Shown: positions 1 through 11,268, numbered from the stretch's first letter. The stretch: DNA of 64,000 bases from Ilumatobacteraceae bacterium (GCA_031408175.1 JANOJI010000001.1:492-64491), one strand, 5' to 3'. The notes: generated by a model from the sequence alone, not told the origin. A program made the numbers and translations.

Positions 1-115
1 TGTCGGCCGCCGAACCGAGAATCGCACCGATCTCGTCGTGCTCGACGCCCTCGACATCGGCGCTGGCCCAGTAACGACCATCCGAATTCCGTTCCGACTC
101 CACGAAGGCTTCCAT
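1..115 (-). CDS. N-terminal part of an unidentified CDS that runs off the left edge
   Basis: ATG at 115-113. The frame stays open to nt 1 (MEAFVESERNSDGRYWASADVEGVEHDEIGAILGSAAD...) and third positions are GC-rich. No family recognised. Confidence 0.3.
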   Translation of the reverse strand, partial: MEAFVESERNSDGRYWASADVEGVEHDEIGAILGSAAD

Positions 116-243
116 GGAACCTGGATCGCAACTTCATGCTGAAGATGACCATTCTCGCGCCTCACCGTGCGGGAAAAGACCCATGAGCGGCGGGGTCTTG
201 GCGCCAGTTCCGGACCGGCACCGCCCCCGAGTGAATCACTCCG

Positions 244-879
244 TTACCTCGCGGTGGGGGTGTTGCCGGCGCGGAGTTCGCGGATGATGGTGTCGATCAC
301 CCACGCCACCACAGGGCCTGACTCGGCACCGGGTACACCGAACTCCTCCCGCATCCGCAGCCACGCCTGCGTCGACACCAAGCAGCGGATCACGGCGGCG
401 ATGCGAAGCTGCTCGCGCTCGCCGAGCTCGGGAAGTCCCTTCGCCAGCAACTCGCGCATCTCGCGTGTGTTGGCCTGGGTGTCGGCTGCGAAGCGGCGCG
501 GATCAGCGTTGAACACCGCCTCGGCGCGAGCGGTCACGTAGTGCTCGTCGAGCAACTCCATCAGGCGGCGGCTGGTGGGAGCGATGGCGTCGAGGCCCCC
601 CACTCCGAACGATGGTTTGACGCCGTCGAGTTTGGGCAACCGTTGTGACAACCCCTCGAGCAGGGCGTCGCGATCGGGAAAATGGCGATACACCGTGCGC
701 TCTGAAACCCCGGCTGCCGCGGCGATGTCGCGCGTGGTCACCTCGTCGGCGCGTCGATCGCCGAGCAGCGTGGTCAGGGCGTCGAGAATGAACTCCCGCG
801 TCTGGGCCACCTGACGGTCGCGTAACGTTGAGGTGTAGGGCTTGCTCGTGGCTCGTTTCGGTGATTCGATCATCGGCAC
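244..879 (-). CDS. TetR-family transcriptional regulator
   Basis: ORF track 211 aa. N-terminal HTH TTRDIAAAAGVSERTVYRHFPDRDALL is typical TetR_N. Divergent from the 960.. gene. Confidence 0.85.
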   Translation of the reverse strand: MPMIESPKRATSKPYTSTLRDRQVAQTREFILDALTTLLGDRRADEVTTRDIAAAAGVSERTVYRHFPDRDALLEGLSQRLPKLDGVKPSFGVGGLDAIAPTSRRLMELLDEHYVTARAEAVFNADPRRFAADTQANTREMRELLAKGLPELGEREQLRIAAVIRCLVSTQAWLRMREEFGVPGAESGPVVAWVIDTIIRELRAGNTPTAR

Positions 880-959
880 TCTCCGGCGATATTGGCACGA
901 CCATCTTGTCAGATCTACGCCATGATGACACCATTTCGTATTGACGGCAGTCGACAGAC

Positions 960-2687
960 ATGATTAAGTCAGTCGCGAGCCAAGGGGGCACCATGATCGA
1001 CCGCACCACGCGCACCGCACCACCCGCCGTGACGTTCGAACCGCCGGCACCCGGCCAATGGGAACTCGAGACCGCCCACCACGGGCTACGGCCGCTCTCC
1101 CCCTTCCTGCGCGACACCTATCAGCGAGCGTTCGAAGCAGGCATCGTCGAGCCGATGCAGCGCTACGGCCTGCCGCTCGTCACCGTGCAGGCCAAGTTCG
1201 TCCACGGCTGCCTGTACATGCGCCCGCTGGCCGTTGGCGAGAAACCCGGTTCTACGCCCAAGGCACCGCCGCCGACGTTCGTGATGAAGCTGATCGCCCG
1301 CTTGCACCCCGAGCTGCGCCGGCGCGCCAAGACTGCCGAGCAGGCGTTCGCGCAACGGCGTTGGCGCCAGGAGGTCGACCAGTGGTTCAACCGCGACCGG
1401 TCTGCGCAGCTGGAGAAGAACCGTGCGCTGGAGGCTGTCGAGCCCGGCGCCCTCGACGATGTCGAGCTTGCGGCACACATTGCGAGCGCGCTGTCGCACT
1501 TCGAACAATCGGCACGCAGGAACCTGGCGACACACGGCGGCGATCTTGTGCCGACCGGCGATCTTTTGGCTCACTGCGAGAGGTGGGGAATCAGCGCCAA
1601 CGAGGCGGCCGGCCTGCTCGCCGGCGGCTCACCGGCAACGGTCGAGACGGCCGTGATGCTGCGCCCGGTGGCCCGCGCCATCAAGCACAGCGGGGTGCCA
1701 GAGGCGTCGCTCGATTCGGTGGACGACGTGCGAGCACTCGGCCCCGACGCCCGAGCAGCCGTCGATGCCTGGCTCGAGCTGCACATGTGGCGCACAGTCA
1801 CGAGCGACGACGTCGACCGGCCCACACTGGCCGAGGTTCCAGCGCTGCAGCTGGCGGCGTTGCTCGGTGCCACCGAGCATCTCTACGTGGCCGAACCCGA
1901 CGACGCAGCTGTTCGCGCCCGCGTCCCTGCCGAGCACCGAGCACACTTCGACGAGTTGCTGGCCGAAGCTCGCTACGGACATCGCCAGCGCGAAGACATC
2001 CGCGGCCTGTGTTGGAACTGGCCGTGCGGACTGGTGCGGCGCGCCCTACTGGAAGCAGGGCGACGCGTCCTCGCAGCCGGAGGCGTGCACGATGTTGCGC
2101 ACATCGTCGAGCTGTTCCCCGACGAGCTCGACCGTGTGCTGCGCGGTCGCGTGCTGCGAGGCGCAGACGGACCATCGGCCGACGAGCTCGCCGAGCGTGC
2201 TGCCGAGCGCGACCGCATCGAAGCCACACCCCCGCCCCGACTGCTCGGCGAGCCCGAGGCTCCTCCCCCACTCGATGCACTCCCGAAGGCGATGGCTCGC
2301 GCCACCGCAGCGATCATGGCCATCCTCGCTGCCGACGCCACGCCACCGCCCGCAGACGACGAGCCATCCACCGTGAGCGGCATCGGCATCGGCGACACCA
2401 CCTACCGCGGGCGGGCGTGCGTGGTACGCGACCTGATGCTCGCCTTCGATCAGCTCGAGCCCGGCGATGTGTTGGTCGCGCCGTTCACCGGACCGTCGGT
2501 GAACTCGTTGCTGCCCGTGATCGGCGCCCTCGTGGTGGAAGAGGGCGGAGCGCTGTGCCACGCCGCGATCGTGTCGCGCGAGTTCGGCCTTGCGGCGGTG
2601 ATCGGCGCCCACGGAGCCACCACCCGCATCCCCCACGGCGCACACGTCGAAGTCGATCCCAAGCAAGGCACCGTCCGCCTGCTCTGA
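960..2687 (+). CDS. PEP-utilising-enzyme mobile-domain protein (phosphohistidine swivel domain at C-terminus, unassigned N-terminal region)
   Basis: C-terminus GRACVV...PGDVLVAPFTGPS...VVEEGGALCHAAIVSREFGLAAVIG matches the PEP-utilising swivel domain with its conserved His. Alternative start ATG 993. Confidence 0.7.
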   Translation: MIKSVASQGGTMIDRTTRTAPPAVTFEPPAPGQWELETAHHGLRPLSPFLRDTYQRAFEAGIVEPMQRYGLPLVTVQAKFVHGCLYMRPLAVGEKPGSTPKAPPPTFVMKLIARLHPELRRRAKTAEQAFAQRRWRQEVDQWFNRDRSAQLEKNRALEAVEPGALDDVELAAHIASALSHFEQSARRNLATHGGDLVPTGDLLAHCERWGISANEAAGLLAGGSPATVETAVMLRPVARAIKHSGVPEASLDSVDDVRALGPDARAAVDAWLELHMWRTVTSDDVDRPTLAEVPALQLAALLGATEHLYVAEPDDAAVRARVPAEHRAHFDELLAEARYGHRQREDIRGLCWNWPCGLVRRALLEAGRRVLAAGGVHDVAHIVELFPDELDRVLRGRVLRGADGPSADELAERAAERDRIEATPPPRLLGEPEAPPPLDALPKAMARATAAIMAILAADATPPPADDEPSTVSGIGIGDTTYRGRACVVRDLMLAFDQLEPGDVLVAPFTGPSVNSLLPVIGALVVEEGGALCHAAIVSREFGLAAVIGAHGATTRIPHGAHVEVDPKQGTVRLL

Positions 2688-2968
2688 GTCCACGAGGACG
2701 CCACCGGGACCGTCCGGCTCAGTCCGGGCAGGCCGTCCAGTGCGCTGCTGTATCGCCGAGTGCGCTCCAGTCCCGTGCAGCTTTGGTGCACATCGGACGG
2801 GCGTCCCGTCACTGTGACTCCGTCGTAAGCGGTTCGGGTGGAAGATGGGGGATCTTCCCGATGCTCTCAAGATCGTCGAGCGCGAGGGTGACGGCGAGAA
2901 CATGACCAGCACCCGCGTGCACTTCTCCCACTGAAGGCCCGCCCAACCTCATTCGCTCATTCGCCGGC

Positions 2969-3742
2969 TCAGCGGACGAGATACACGATCGCCACGATCA
3001 CTCCGAACACAATCACGCCGAAGCGCATCTTCTTCGGTGGCAGCGAACTAGCGACCCTGCCACCGAGATGACCACCGATCAGGCTGGCCGGAGCCATGAC
3101 CGCGACAATCGTCCACTCGACCTTGCCAGAGAAGACCAGGAACAGCGCGGCCGAAACATTGACCAGGAACGACAACAACTGCTTGACGGCATTCAAGCGG
3201 TTGAACGGAAGCTCCGAGAACAGGCCGAGTACCGCCATCAGCATGATGCCGAGGCCTGCACCGAAGTATCCCCCGTAGATCGATGCGACCGTCACGGCCG
3301 AGACTTCAAGAACGGCGTGCGAGCCGCCGGAACGTGTCCTCGACAGCAGCAAACTGCGCAGACGGTCCTGTAGCGCAAGCAGCGCGCAGGCACCGAGAAT
3401 GAGATAGGGCACGATGTTGCGAAACACGGCCTCACTGCTGATGATCAGCAGCACAGAACCTGTCAGTCCACCCAGTACCGCAGTGATCAGCTGCGGCCGC
3501 AAGCCGCGCTGAAGGCCTGCGAGGTCTCTACGCTGCCCGTACGTTCCACCGATGTAGCCCGGGCACAGCGAGACGGTGTTGGTGGCGTTCGCACGGATCG
3601 CCGGCACGCCGATAGCGGTCAGAACAGGGAACGAGATCAACGTTCCGCCACCGGCGACGGCATTCACGACGCCCGCCCCGACGGCCGCCACCCCGGCCGC
3701 GAGATGCGCCAGTCCTGAGATGTCCGACACGATTGCCTCCAT
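2969..3742 (-). CDS. TauE/SafE-family sulfite/anion exporter (membrane protein)
   Basis: 257 aa, highly hydrophobic. Internal duplication with [11 protein letters not shown] and [16 protein letters not shown] motifs typical of the family. Confidence 0.8.
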   Translation of the reverse strand: MEAIVSDISGLAHLAAGVAAVGAGVVNAVAGGGTLISFPVLTAIGVPAIRANATNTVSLCPGYIGGTYGQRRDLAGLQRGLRPQLITAVLGGLTGSVLLIISSEAVFRNIVPYLILGACALLALQDRLRSLLLSRTRSGGSHAVLEVSAVTVASIYGGYFGAGLGIMLMAVLGLFSELPFNRLNAVKQLLSFLVNVSAALFLVFSGKVEWTIVAVMAPASLIGGHLGGRVASSLPPKKMRFGVIVFGVIVAIVYLVR

Positions 3743-3760
3743 TCGTATACATTATGCAAC
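3741..3760. promoter_or_regulatory. AT-rich GTATA-core site (ATTCGTATACATTATGCAAC) in the TauE / GntR-1 divergent region
   Basis: Read directly; its reverse complement TTGCATAATGTATACGAAT closely matches the 16141 site. Confidence 0.5.
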
Positions 3761-3783
3761 ACCGAGAAGGCCCGCCCACGATC

Positions 3784-4512
3784 ATGAGACGAGTCGCGGG
3801 TCTCGGAGAGACCTATCGTGAGGTCGTGACCATCGGCGAATCGCATCGAACCCTTCGCGAGGTCGTGGCAGACGAGATCCGGGGCATGATCACCCGAGGA
3901 GAGCTGCAGCAAGGCGAGCGTCTGTTCGAGGACCGCTTGGCCGAACAGCTCGGCGTGTCACGCAACCCTGTCCGCGAAGCAATCCGCGCACTCGAAGGCA
4001 CCGGATTGGTGGAAGTCGTGTCCAGGCGCGGCGCTTACGTCAGCAAGCTCGATCCGATGAAGATCCGCCAACTGCTCGATCTACGTAGCGTGATCGAGGC
4101 ATACGCCGCAGAACAGGCCGCCCAGAACCGAAGCGACGACGATCTGAAGGCCCTCCACGACTGCCTCGAGGCTGGCCGGCGAGCATCGGCGAACAACGAT
4201 CTCGTGACTGCAGCAGCAATGCACCGCGAGTTCCACATCGCGATCGAGAGAGCATCCGGCAACGAGTATCTGGAGACCGTCGTTGCGCCGCTTCGCCACA
4301 AGACCGAGCTGGTGTTCAGCATGCTGGCCGACTCGCGCGGCCTGATGGGATGGGACGAGCACCAGAGGATTTTCGATGCGATCGAGCAGGGCGACACCGA
4401 GCACGCCCGTAGTTGCACGTTCCAGCACATGGCGTCGGTGAAGCGAGACCTCGCGGTGTCCACATCGACAACGGATGAACGTCACGAATCCGGTGTCCGC
4501 TCCTCGACATGA
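3784..4512 (+). CDS. GntR-family regulator, FadR/FCD subfamily (GntR-1)
   Basis: w[45 protein letters not shown] followed by a helical FCD-like domain. Start chosen at M18 of ORF 3733..4512; stop overlaps the next start (ATGA). Confidence 0.85.
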   Translation: MRRVAGLGETYREVVTIGESHRTLREVVADEIRGMITRGELQQGERLFEDRLAEQLGVSRNPVREAIRALEGTGLVEVVSRRGAYVSKLDPMKIRQLLDLRSVIEAYAAEQAAQNRSDDDLKALHDCLEAGRRASANNDLVTAAAMHREFHIAIERASGNEYLETVVAPLRHKTELVFSMLADSRGLMGWDEHQRIFDAIEQGDTEHARSCTFQHMASVKRDLAVSTSTTDERHESGVRSST

Positions 4513-5648
4513 CGGGTAGCTCGGAAGCCTCGATCATCGTCATCGGGGCCGGCATTGCCGGTGCATCGGCTGCATGGGCATTGGCGGCGCACTGCAGCGT
4601 GATTCTCCTCGAGCAGGCCGATGCGCCCGGTTACCACGCGTCCGGAAGATCTGCGTCCGTGCTGTCGGAAACATCGGGCCATCGGGTCGTGTGCGCGCTC
4701 GCCGCGGCCAGCCGTTCGTTCTTCGAATCACCGCCAGCGGGCTTCGTCGACCATTCGCTGCTCTCGCCGCGCGGTCTGCTGTGGGTCGGCGAACTCGCTG
4801 ATGCCGAACTGTTGGACGAGCTCGCCCACTCGGCTCGCGGTATCGCTCCGTCGGTACGGCGGCTGACGCCCGCCGAGGTTCTCGAACTGGTTCCGCACTT
4901 CCATCCTGAAGCCATCGCCGGTGGGGGCACGTTCGAACCCGATGCCATGGCCATCGACACCGACGCTCTCCTGCAAGGCTTCGTACGTGGCTTTCGACAA
5001 CGCGGCGGCCAACTGATCACGTCGTCAGAGGTCACAAAGCTCCGAAGAGACGGCGACATGTGGGAGGTGACGACGTCGGCGCACACGCTGCGCGCCCCAG
5101 TCGTGATCAACGCCGCGGGAGCCTGGGGCGACGTGATCGCCGAGCGTGCCGGCGTGCCAACGCTCGGTCTGGAACCGATGCGACGGACGGCATGCATCGC
5201 GGCGCTCGCCGACGTGGATCCGAGCTGGCCACTGGTCATGGATGTGGCCAGTCGCTACTACTTCGAGCCGGAATCCGGAGGCCTGTTGATCTCGCCGGCG
5301 GATGCCACACGTAGCGAGCCGTGTGACGCTCGGGCCGAGGAGATCGACGTCGCACTGGCACTCGATCGTGTCCAACAGGCGACGACACTACCGGTGCGCA
5401 GCGTTCGACGAGCGTGGGCAGGTCTGCGAACGTTCAGCCCCGATGCGGCTCCTGTCGTAGGTGAGGAGCCGACCGAGTCAGGCTTCTGGTGGCTCGTCGG
5501 GCAGGCCGGAGGTGGTATCAAAACCGCACCGGCCATTGCACAAGCAATCGCCTCAATGGTTCATGGCGAGCAGCTGCCGGCGGCGATCACCGAACGGATG
5601 GTGACCGTCGCCGACCTCTCGCCCGCTCGCTTCCGATCCTCGTGTTGA
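4509..5648 (+). CDS. FAD-dependent oxidoreductase (DAO family)
   Basis: N-terminal dinucleotide fold [18 protein letters not shown], ~380 aa. ATGA overlap with GntR-1. Confidence 0.8.
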   Translation: MTGSSEASIIVIGAGIAGASAAWALAAHCSVILLEQADAPGYHASGRSASVLSETSGHRVVCALAAASRSFFESPPAGFVDHSLLSPRGLLWVGELADAELLDELAHSARGIAPSVRRLTPAEVLELVPHFHPEAIAGGGTFEPDAMAIDTDALLQGFVRGFRQRGGQLITSSEVTKLRRDGDMWEVTTSAHTLRAPVVINAAGAWGDVIAERAGVPTLGLEPMRRTACIAALADVDPSWPLVMDVASRYYFEPESGGLLISPADATRSEPCDARAEEIDVALALDRVQQATTLPVRSVRRAWAGLRTFSPDAAPVVGEEPTESGFWWLVGQAGGGIKTAPAIAQAIASMVHGEQLPAAITERMVTVADLSPARFRSSC

Positions 5649-5669
5649 GACCCTGCGGATCGGCGGAGA

Positions 5670-6707
5670 TCAACGAACGAAGCATGCGGCCCAATGGCCC
5701 GGTGCCTTCTCCTCGAGTGGCGGGCTCTCGACGCGGCATCGATCCTGGACGAGCGGGCATCGGGTCTGGAACCGGCAACCCATGGGAGGGTTGACGGGGT
5801 TCGGGATTTCGCCTTGCAGCACGATGCGCCGCCGCGCCCGTTGCAGCGGCGGATCAGGGATCGGCACGCTCGAGAGCAACGCCTCGGTATACGGATGCAG
5901 CGGCGTTTCGTACAGCGCATGCGTGGGAGCGATCTCGACGAGCTTGCCCGAATACAGAATCGCGATGCGGTGCGAGATGTGGCGCACCACCGACAGGTCG
6001 TGGGCGATGAACAGATAGGTGAGTCCGAGTTCGGTCTGGAGGTCCTGCAACAGGTTCACGACCTGGGCGCGCACCGAGACGTCGAGTGCGGAAACCGGCT
6101 CGTCGGCAACGATGAAGTCGGGACTCAACGCGAGCGCACGAGCGATACCGACTCGTTGACGCTGCCCCCCACTGAACGCGTGGGCGTAGCGGTCGATGGT
6201 GTCGACCGGCAGTCCGCATCGATCGAGGAGATCTCGAACGATTGGGCGGGCCTCCTCGCTGTTCTTCGCGAGGCCGTGAACGATCAGCGGTTCACCAACC
6301 AGTTGGAGAATGGTCTTACGCGGATTGAGGCTTGCATACGGGTCTTGAAAGACGAGTTGCATGTGGCGGCGGAGCTTGCGCAAGGGTTCGCCGGTGGTCT
6401 GGGTGATGTCGTCGCCACGGAAACGAATCGTGCCCTCAGCTGGCGTGATCCGCCGCAGAACGGCGCGCCCGACCGTTGTCTTGCCGGATCCGCTCTCGCC
6501 GACCAAACCGAGCGTCTCGCCCTTTGCAATCGAGAACGAGACGTCGTCGAGTGCACGGACGTACTTGACCTGCTTGCCCCAGAATCCGCTCCGTCCGACG
6601 GGGAAGCGAATGCTGAGATGGTCGACTTCGATCAGCGGAACGGCGCCGTGAGCAGCAGCGCCAGGCGCGGCGACCGCCTGGCGGGCAGCAATCGTCGAGT
6701 CAGACAT
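5670..6707 (-). CDS. ABC transporter ATP-binding protein (OppF/DppF type)
   Basis: Walker [10 protein letters not shown], signature FSGGQRQRV, Walker [14 protein letters not shown]-terminal GCRFQTRCP. Start at the internal ATG, overlapping the upstream stop by 8 nt. Confidence 0.9.
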   Translation of the reverse strand: MSDSTIAARQAVAAPGAAAHGAVPLIEVDHLSIRFPVGRSGFWGKQVKYVRALDDVSFSIAKGETLGLVGESGSGKTTVGRAVLRRITPAEGTIRFRGDDITQTTGEPLRKLRRHMQLVFQDPYASLNPRKTILQLVGEPLIVHGLAKNSEEARPIVRDLLDRCGLPVDTIDRYAHAFSGGQRQRVGIARALALSPDFIVADEPVSALDVSVRAQVVNLLQDLQTELGLTYLFIAHDLSVVRHISHRIAILYSGKLVEIAPTHALYETPLHPYTEALLSSVPIPDPPLQRARRRIVLQGEIPNPVNPPMGCRFQTRCPLVQDRCRVESPPLEEKAPGHWAACFVR

Positions 6708-7725
6708 CGGCGGCCTCGAATGCGCGCCAGCAGGCCACTTTGCGTCCGTCGGGATGCGTCTTGAGACCCGGCGTCTCCTGCAGGCAGGGCGTGATCGCCA
6801 GCGCACACCGCGGCGCGAACGAGCAACCCGCCTGGGGCTCGACCAGATCGGGAGGCGAACCCTCGATGCACACCAGCCGGGGCATGACAATGTCGAGCCG
6901 TGGCGTGCTTCGCAGCAGACCGGCCGAGTACGGATGGCCCGGTTTGGAATACAGCTCGTCTGCCGTACACAGCTCGACGATCTTGCCCGAGTACATCACC
7001 GCGACGCGGTCGCAGAGACCTGCCACCACGCCCAGGTCGTGTGTGATCAACAGAACGGCCAGCCCGAGCCGCTGCTGAAGATCGGCGATCAGATCGAGGA
7101 TCTGGGCCTGGATCGTGACGTCGAGCGCCGTGGTGGGCTCATCGGCGACCAACAGTTGCGGTTCGCAAGCGAGCGCCATGGCAATGAGGACGCGTTGACG
7201 CATACCTCCCGACATTTCGTGTGCGTACTGCTTGACGCGGTCGCGAGGATTGGCGATACCGACGAGGTCCAGCAGTTCCACGGCTCGCTCGCGAGCCTGG
7301 CGCCTGTTCATTCCCATGTGCCGCCGCAGGACTTCGGTGATCTGCATCCCGATGCTGAACACCGGGTTGAGCGATGTCATTGGATCCTGGAACACCATCG
7401 CGATCTCGTTGCCGCGGACCCGTGCCAAGGTTGCCTCGGCATTGTTGACCAGTGATTGGCCCTTCCAGCGCACATCGCCACCGGTGATCTTTCCTGGGAG
7501 CTCGGTCAGACCGATCAAGGCCTGGGCGGTCACGCTCTTGCCGGATCCGCTCTCGCCGACCAAACCGAGTGTCTCGCCCTTGGAAACGGTGAAGCTGACA
7601 TCGCGGACCGCGTGCACAATCCCTCGCCGTGTGAAGAATTTGATGGTGAGGTGTTCGACCTCGAGAATCGTCTCGCCTATGGAGGTCCCCTCAGTCTCAG
7701 TCGCCCCGAGATGCTCGACGCTCAC
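6700..7725 (-). CDS. ABC transporter ATP-binding protein (OppD/DppD type)
   Basis: [33 protein letters not shown] start in a GTGA overlap with the permease stop; the longer ORF-track N-terminus is Arg/Gly-rich and unlikely. Confidence 0.9.
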   Translation of the reverse strand: MSVEHLGATETEGTSIGETILEVEHLTIKFFTRRGIVHAVRDVSFTVSKGETLGLVGESGSGKSVTAQALIGLTELPGKITGGDVRWKGQSLVNNAEATLARVRGNEIAMVFQDPMTSLNPVFSIGMQITEVLRRHMGMNRRQARERAVELLDLVGIANPRDRVKQYAHEMSGGMRQRVLIAMALACEPQLLVADEPTTALDVTIQAQILDLIADLQQRLGLAVLLITHDLGVVAGLCDRVAVMYSGKIVELCTADELYSKPGHPYSAGLLRSTPRLDIVMPRLVCIEGSPPDLVEPQAGCSFAPRCALAITPCLQETPGLKTHPDGRKVACWRAFEAADV

Positions 7726-8720
7726 AGCGCGCCCTTCCCGGACCCGATGACCGTCGCCGCGAACTTCTTCTCCCGCTCCTGCGGGTCGAGCGCCACGCGC
7801 AACCAACTGCTCAGGAGGTTGACCGCGAGCACTGTCAGGCTGAGCAGAAGACCCGGATAGATGATCAGCCATTGGTTGCCGAACAGCTCATGGTCGCCGG
7901 CGCGGCTGATGTCGAGACCCCACGAGACCCCCGGGTATTGGATACCGAGACCGAGGAAGCTCAGCGCCGCTTCGGCGAGGATGATTCGGGCGAACTCGAG
8001 GACGCCAAGAGTCGCCAGCGGAGTCACGAGGTTCGGCAGGATGTGGGTGAACACCACTCGTTTGGGCTTGCAGCCGATGATCTCGGCCGCCTCGACGAAT
8101 GGGCGCTCGCGGATCGAGAGCACGACACCGCGGGTCATTCTGGCGTAGACCATCCATCCGTTGACGGCGAGGATGATGGTAATCGTCGTGATGCTGCCGC
8201 CAACGAGCGCGATCAGCAGCATCGCCAACAGCAGGCCCGGAAACGACACCTGGACGTCGACCCAGCCCATCAACCAACGGTCGACGCGGCCACCCTTGTA
8301 GCCCGACAGCAAACCGACAAGCACGCCGAACGTTCCTGCGAGGAGCACGACAAGCACACCGATCGTCAGCGAAGTACGCGCACCGGACAACAGCCTGGCG
8401 AGGATGTCGTATCCCTGCCAGTCGGTGCCGAGCGGATTGCTCCAGGATCCACCGTGCCACACTGGCGAGGCCAACGCGTTGGAGAGATTGCCTTCGTTCG
8501 GATCGACGTGCCTCAGGATCGGAGCGATGATCGCCCCGCCGACGAGCACGACGAGAAACACGAGAGAGGCGAGGCCGAGCTTGTCGCGAACGAGGTCGGG
8601 CAGGAGCCCTTTGCTGCGCACAGCGGCGAGCTCGAACGGTCGACCGTGCAGCGCCTCTTCTAAATGCTCTGCCTCTTCGACATCGTGCTGTTGAGCGGTG
8701 TGTTCGTCTGGCATGGTCAT
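7722..8720 (-). CDS. ABC transporter permease (OppC/DppC type)
   Basis: 332 aa multi-TM protein. AAEIIGCKPKRVVFTHILPN loop is typical of binding-protein-dependent permeases. Confidence 0.9.
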   Translation of the reverse strand: MTMPDEHTAQQHDVEEAEHLEEALHGRPFELAAVRSKGLLPDLVRDKLGLASLVFLVVLVGGAIIAPILRHVDPNEGNLSNALASPVWHGGSWSNPLGTDWQGYDILARLLSGARTSLTIGVLVVLLAGTFGVLVGLLSGYKGGRVDRWLMGWVDVQVSFPGLLLAMLLIALVGGSITTITIILAVNGWMVYARMTRGVVLSIRERPFVEAAEIIGCKPKRVVFTHILPNLVTPLATLGVLEFARIILAEAALSFLGLGIQYPGVSWGLDISRAGDHELFGNQWLIIYPGLLLSLTVLAVNLLSSWLRVALDPQEREKKFAATVIGSGKGAL

Positions 8721-9640
8721 TGCAGGTCCACCCTCGGGTCGAGGAGCTTGTAGGCAATGTCGATCACTATGTTGAGAATGACGACCACGACGGCGATGAC
8801 GAATACGATCGCTTGAATGAGGTAGAAGTCTTGGTTCTGGATCGCGGTTTTGGCCATGAACCCGAGGCCCGGCCAGTTGAAGACGGATTCGACGACGACG
8901 GTGTAGCCGGCGAGGGCGCGGATGATCTCCCAGCCGAGCAGCGTGACGTATGGAATCCCGGCGTTGCGCATCGCGTGCACGCCGAGGATGCGTCGCTGCG
9001 ACATCCCCTTGGCCCTAGCCACCTTCACATACTGCGTGTTGAGCTCATCGATCATCGACGATCGCACGACGATCGCTAGTCGACCGATTGCCGGCAGGGC
9101 CAGGCACACAGCCGGAAGGACAAGATTGCGGGTCCATGGGCCAGGCCCGGACTCGAACCAGTGCAGCTTCACGGTGAACGCGATGAGGAGTACGAACCCG
9201 ACGAAGAACTGCGGCATCGACAGCCCGATCAGGCTGAGGGTCGTGAGGACCCGGTCGGTCAGGCCACCCGGCTTGCGGCTGGCCAAAAGGCCGAGCGGGA
9301 TGCTGACCACGATTGCAAACAGCATTCCGAGGCCGACGAGTTGCAGGGTGCGGGGGATGTAGTCGAACACGACCGACAGCGCCGAGCGTCCCCGTACATA
9401 CGTGCTGTCACCGAGGTCGAGACGAATCAAACCGCCGAGGAAGTGCACGAACTGAACTGGGATGCTCTTGTCGAGTCCCAGTGCCGCGCTTCGAGCAGCT
9501 CGCTGTTCGGCAGTCGCCGAGAGCGGCAGCATGAACTTCACGGGATCGCCCACCAGGCGAGTGATCACGAAGACGAACACGGTCACTCCGAAGATGACCA
9601 CGAGGCCTTGTGCCAGTCGTCGGGCGATGTAGCGTCCCAT
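8717..9640 (-). CDS. ABC transporter permease (OppB/DppB type)
   Basis: 307 aa. N-terminus MGRYIARRL... and YVKVARAKGMSQRRILGVHAMRNA are typical of DppB-like permeases. 4-nt overlap with the next gene. Confidence 0.9.
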   Translation of the reverse strand: MGRYIARRLAQGLVVIFGVTVFVFVITRLVGDPVKFMLPLSATAEQRAARSAALGLDKSIPVQFVHFLGGLIRLDLGDSTYVRGRSALSVVFDYIPRTLQLVGLGMLFAIVVSIPLGLLASRKPGGLTDRVLTTLSLIGLSMPQFFVGFVLLIAFTVKLHWFESGPGPWTRNLVLPAVCLALPAIGRLAIVVRSSMIDELNTQYVKVARAKGMSQRRILGVHAMRNAGIPYVTLLGWEIIRALAGYTVVVESVFNWPGLGFMAKTAIQNQDFYLIQAIVFVIAVVVVILNIVIDIAYKLLDPRVDLQ

Positions 9641-9675
9641 GACGTTGTGCTGCCGCTCCGGCGTCGTTCACCAGC

Positions 9676-11268
9676 TCAGCTGGTGACGGACATTTCCTTG
9701 ACGAGGAGCTTCGAGTCGACTCGAGGCGTCCAGGTGAGGCGAGTCGAGAGTCCGTAGAGATCCTGGTTGTTGACCAGCCAGACGAAGTACGCGCCGTCGT
9801 AGGCCATCTTGACGGCCTCCTGGTAGGTGGTGGCACGCACCGCAGGATCCAACTCCTGACGACCTTGGTCGATGAGGGCCGAGAGGTCGGCGTCGGTGTT
9901 CGACGAGCCGATTCCACCGGCTTGGTAGTAGGTCGACAGCTGACGATCAGGGTCGAGGATGTCGTTCGAACTCGACACGAAGATGGCGTCGGCTCGGCTC
10001 TCACGATCGAACAACACGTCGAGGTAGGCGCCGAACTCGAGGATGTCGAGCTTCACATCGAGGCCAGCGGCCTTCCAGTAGCCAGCAACCGCCTCGAGGA
10101 GGTCCCGGTCGTTCAACCACCGGCCTGCCTCACCGACGAGGTTGATGGTCTTGCCGGCGAGGCCCGCATCCGTGATCAGTTGCTTGGCCTTGTCGGCATC
10201 GTACGGATAGGCATCGATCGAATCGTTGAAGCCGAGCACCGATTCGCTGAGCAGCTGACCCTTGTCGGCGGCAGCGAATCCTCCGAAGACCTGATCGACG
10301 ATCGCCTGCTTGTCGACAGCCAGGTTGAGCGCGAGGCGAACATTCGGATCGGCAGTGATGCCTTCGTCGCTATCGAGAATGAGAATTGGGTGTTCCTGAC
10401 CCTGCACCTTCGCCGACTGGGGGGCTTGGTCGACGTCTTGCGGTGGCAAGTTGGTGATCAGATCATACTTGCCGGACTTCAGCCCGGCCAGCCTGGTGCC
10501 ACCCTCTGCCACGAACTCGTACGTGACCTTGGCGATGGAGGGAGCGTCGCCCCAATAGTCCGCGTTGGCTTCCACCGTGACGTCGGACCCGACCGTTCGG
10601 CTGACGAACTTGTACGGGCCAGTGCCGTTCGGCGCATCGGACAGGTCTTCGGTCGTCTCGGCCGATGTCGGGATCATCTTCAGCCAGTACATCCGAGCCG
10701 GCATGACACCGTCTGGCTTTGCCGTGGTGATGTTCACCGTGGTGTCGTCGACCTTGGTTGCCCCGGTGATGCTGGAATAGAAGCCGTCGTTGTCGGTCTT
10801 CTTGTCGGCGATCAACTTCACCATTCTGGTGATGCTCGCGACGACCGAGTCGGCGTTGAACGCCGAGCCATCGTGGAAGGCGACACCCTCGCGGAGCTTG
10901 AACTGCCAGGTCAGATCATCGACCTGGGTCGGCAGCTCGGTTGCGAGTCCTGGCTCCAGATCCCCGCTAGCAGTGCGGGTCAGCAGCGTCTCGTAGACGT
11001 TGTCATTGACAGCTCGTTCTGCGCCGTCGTCGACCAGATACGGATCGAGGCTGGTGGGCTCCGATCCAAGTGCGATGGTGATCTCCCCACCGGCAGCCAC
11101 AGTCCCTTCGGTGGACGGAGTGGTGTCGCCTGTCGAGCTCGCCGTGGTGCCACCGCTGGCAGTAGTACCGCCAGTGGCCGTGGAGTTGCTGCTTCCATCG
11201 CTGCCGCAGGCGGCTGCGACGAAACTCACGGCGAGCAGCGAACCAAACAACCGGTAACGCTTCTTCAA
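9676..11268 (-). CDS. ABC transporter substrate-binding lipoprotein, family 5 (peptide/opine/nickel type)
   Basis: Lipobox LLAVSFVAAACGS, Thr/Gly/Ser-rich linker, then a family-5 SBP body. Start placed at TTG 11268, preceded by AAGGGGGAATAAC (the ORF track begins at 11310). Confidence 0.85.
   Translation of the reverse strand: MKKRYRLFGSLLAVSFVAAACGSDGSSNSTATGGTTASGGTTASSTGDTTPSTEGTVAAGGEITIALGSEPTSLDPYLVDDGAERAVNDNVYETLLTRTASGDLEPGLATELPTQVDDLTWQFKLREGVAFHDGSAFNADSVVASITRMVKLIADKKTDNDGFYSSITGATKVDDTTVNITTAKPDGVMPARMYWLKMIPTSAETTEDLSDAPNGTGPYKFVSRTVGSDVTVEANADYWGDAPSIAKVTYEFVAEGGTRLAGLKSGKYDLITNLPPQDVDQAPQSAKVQGQEHPILILDSDEGITADPNVRLALNLAVDKQAIVDQVFGGFAAADKGQLLSESVLGFNDSIDAYPYDADKAKQLITDAGLAGKTINLVGEAGRWLNDRDLLEAVAGYWKAAGLDVKLDILEFGAYLDVLFDRESRADAIFVSSSNDILDPDRQLSTYYQAGGIGSSNTDADLSALIDQGRQELDPAVRATTYQEAVKMAYDGAYFVWLVNNQDLYGLSTRLTWTPRVDSKLLVKEMSVTS

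Noticed and set aside
907-930. TGTCA-N14-TGACA inverted repeat as the TetR operator
   Set aside because: The arms are only 5 bp and nothing supports it beyond location, so it is mentioned in a finding but not listed as a feature.
1058-2905. 615-aa ORF on the plus strand overlapping the PEP-utilising gene
   Set aside because: It is extremely Arg/Pro/Ala-rich with no recognisable motif. This is the typical out-of-frame shadow ORF of a GC-rich coding region, and the 960..2687 frame carries the real domain signature.
2845-2934. 29-codon ORF (MGDLPDALKIVEREGDGENMTSTRVHFSH) in the convergent spacer between the PEP-utilising and TauE genes
   Set aside because: It is too short, has no RBS and matches no recognisable family. 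It could be a remnant, so it is not reported as a feature.
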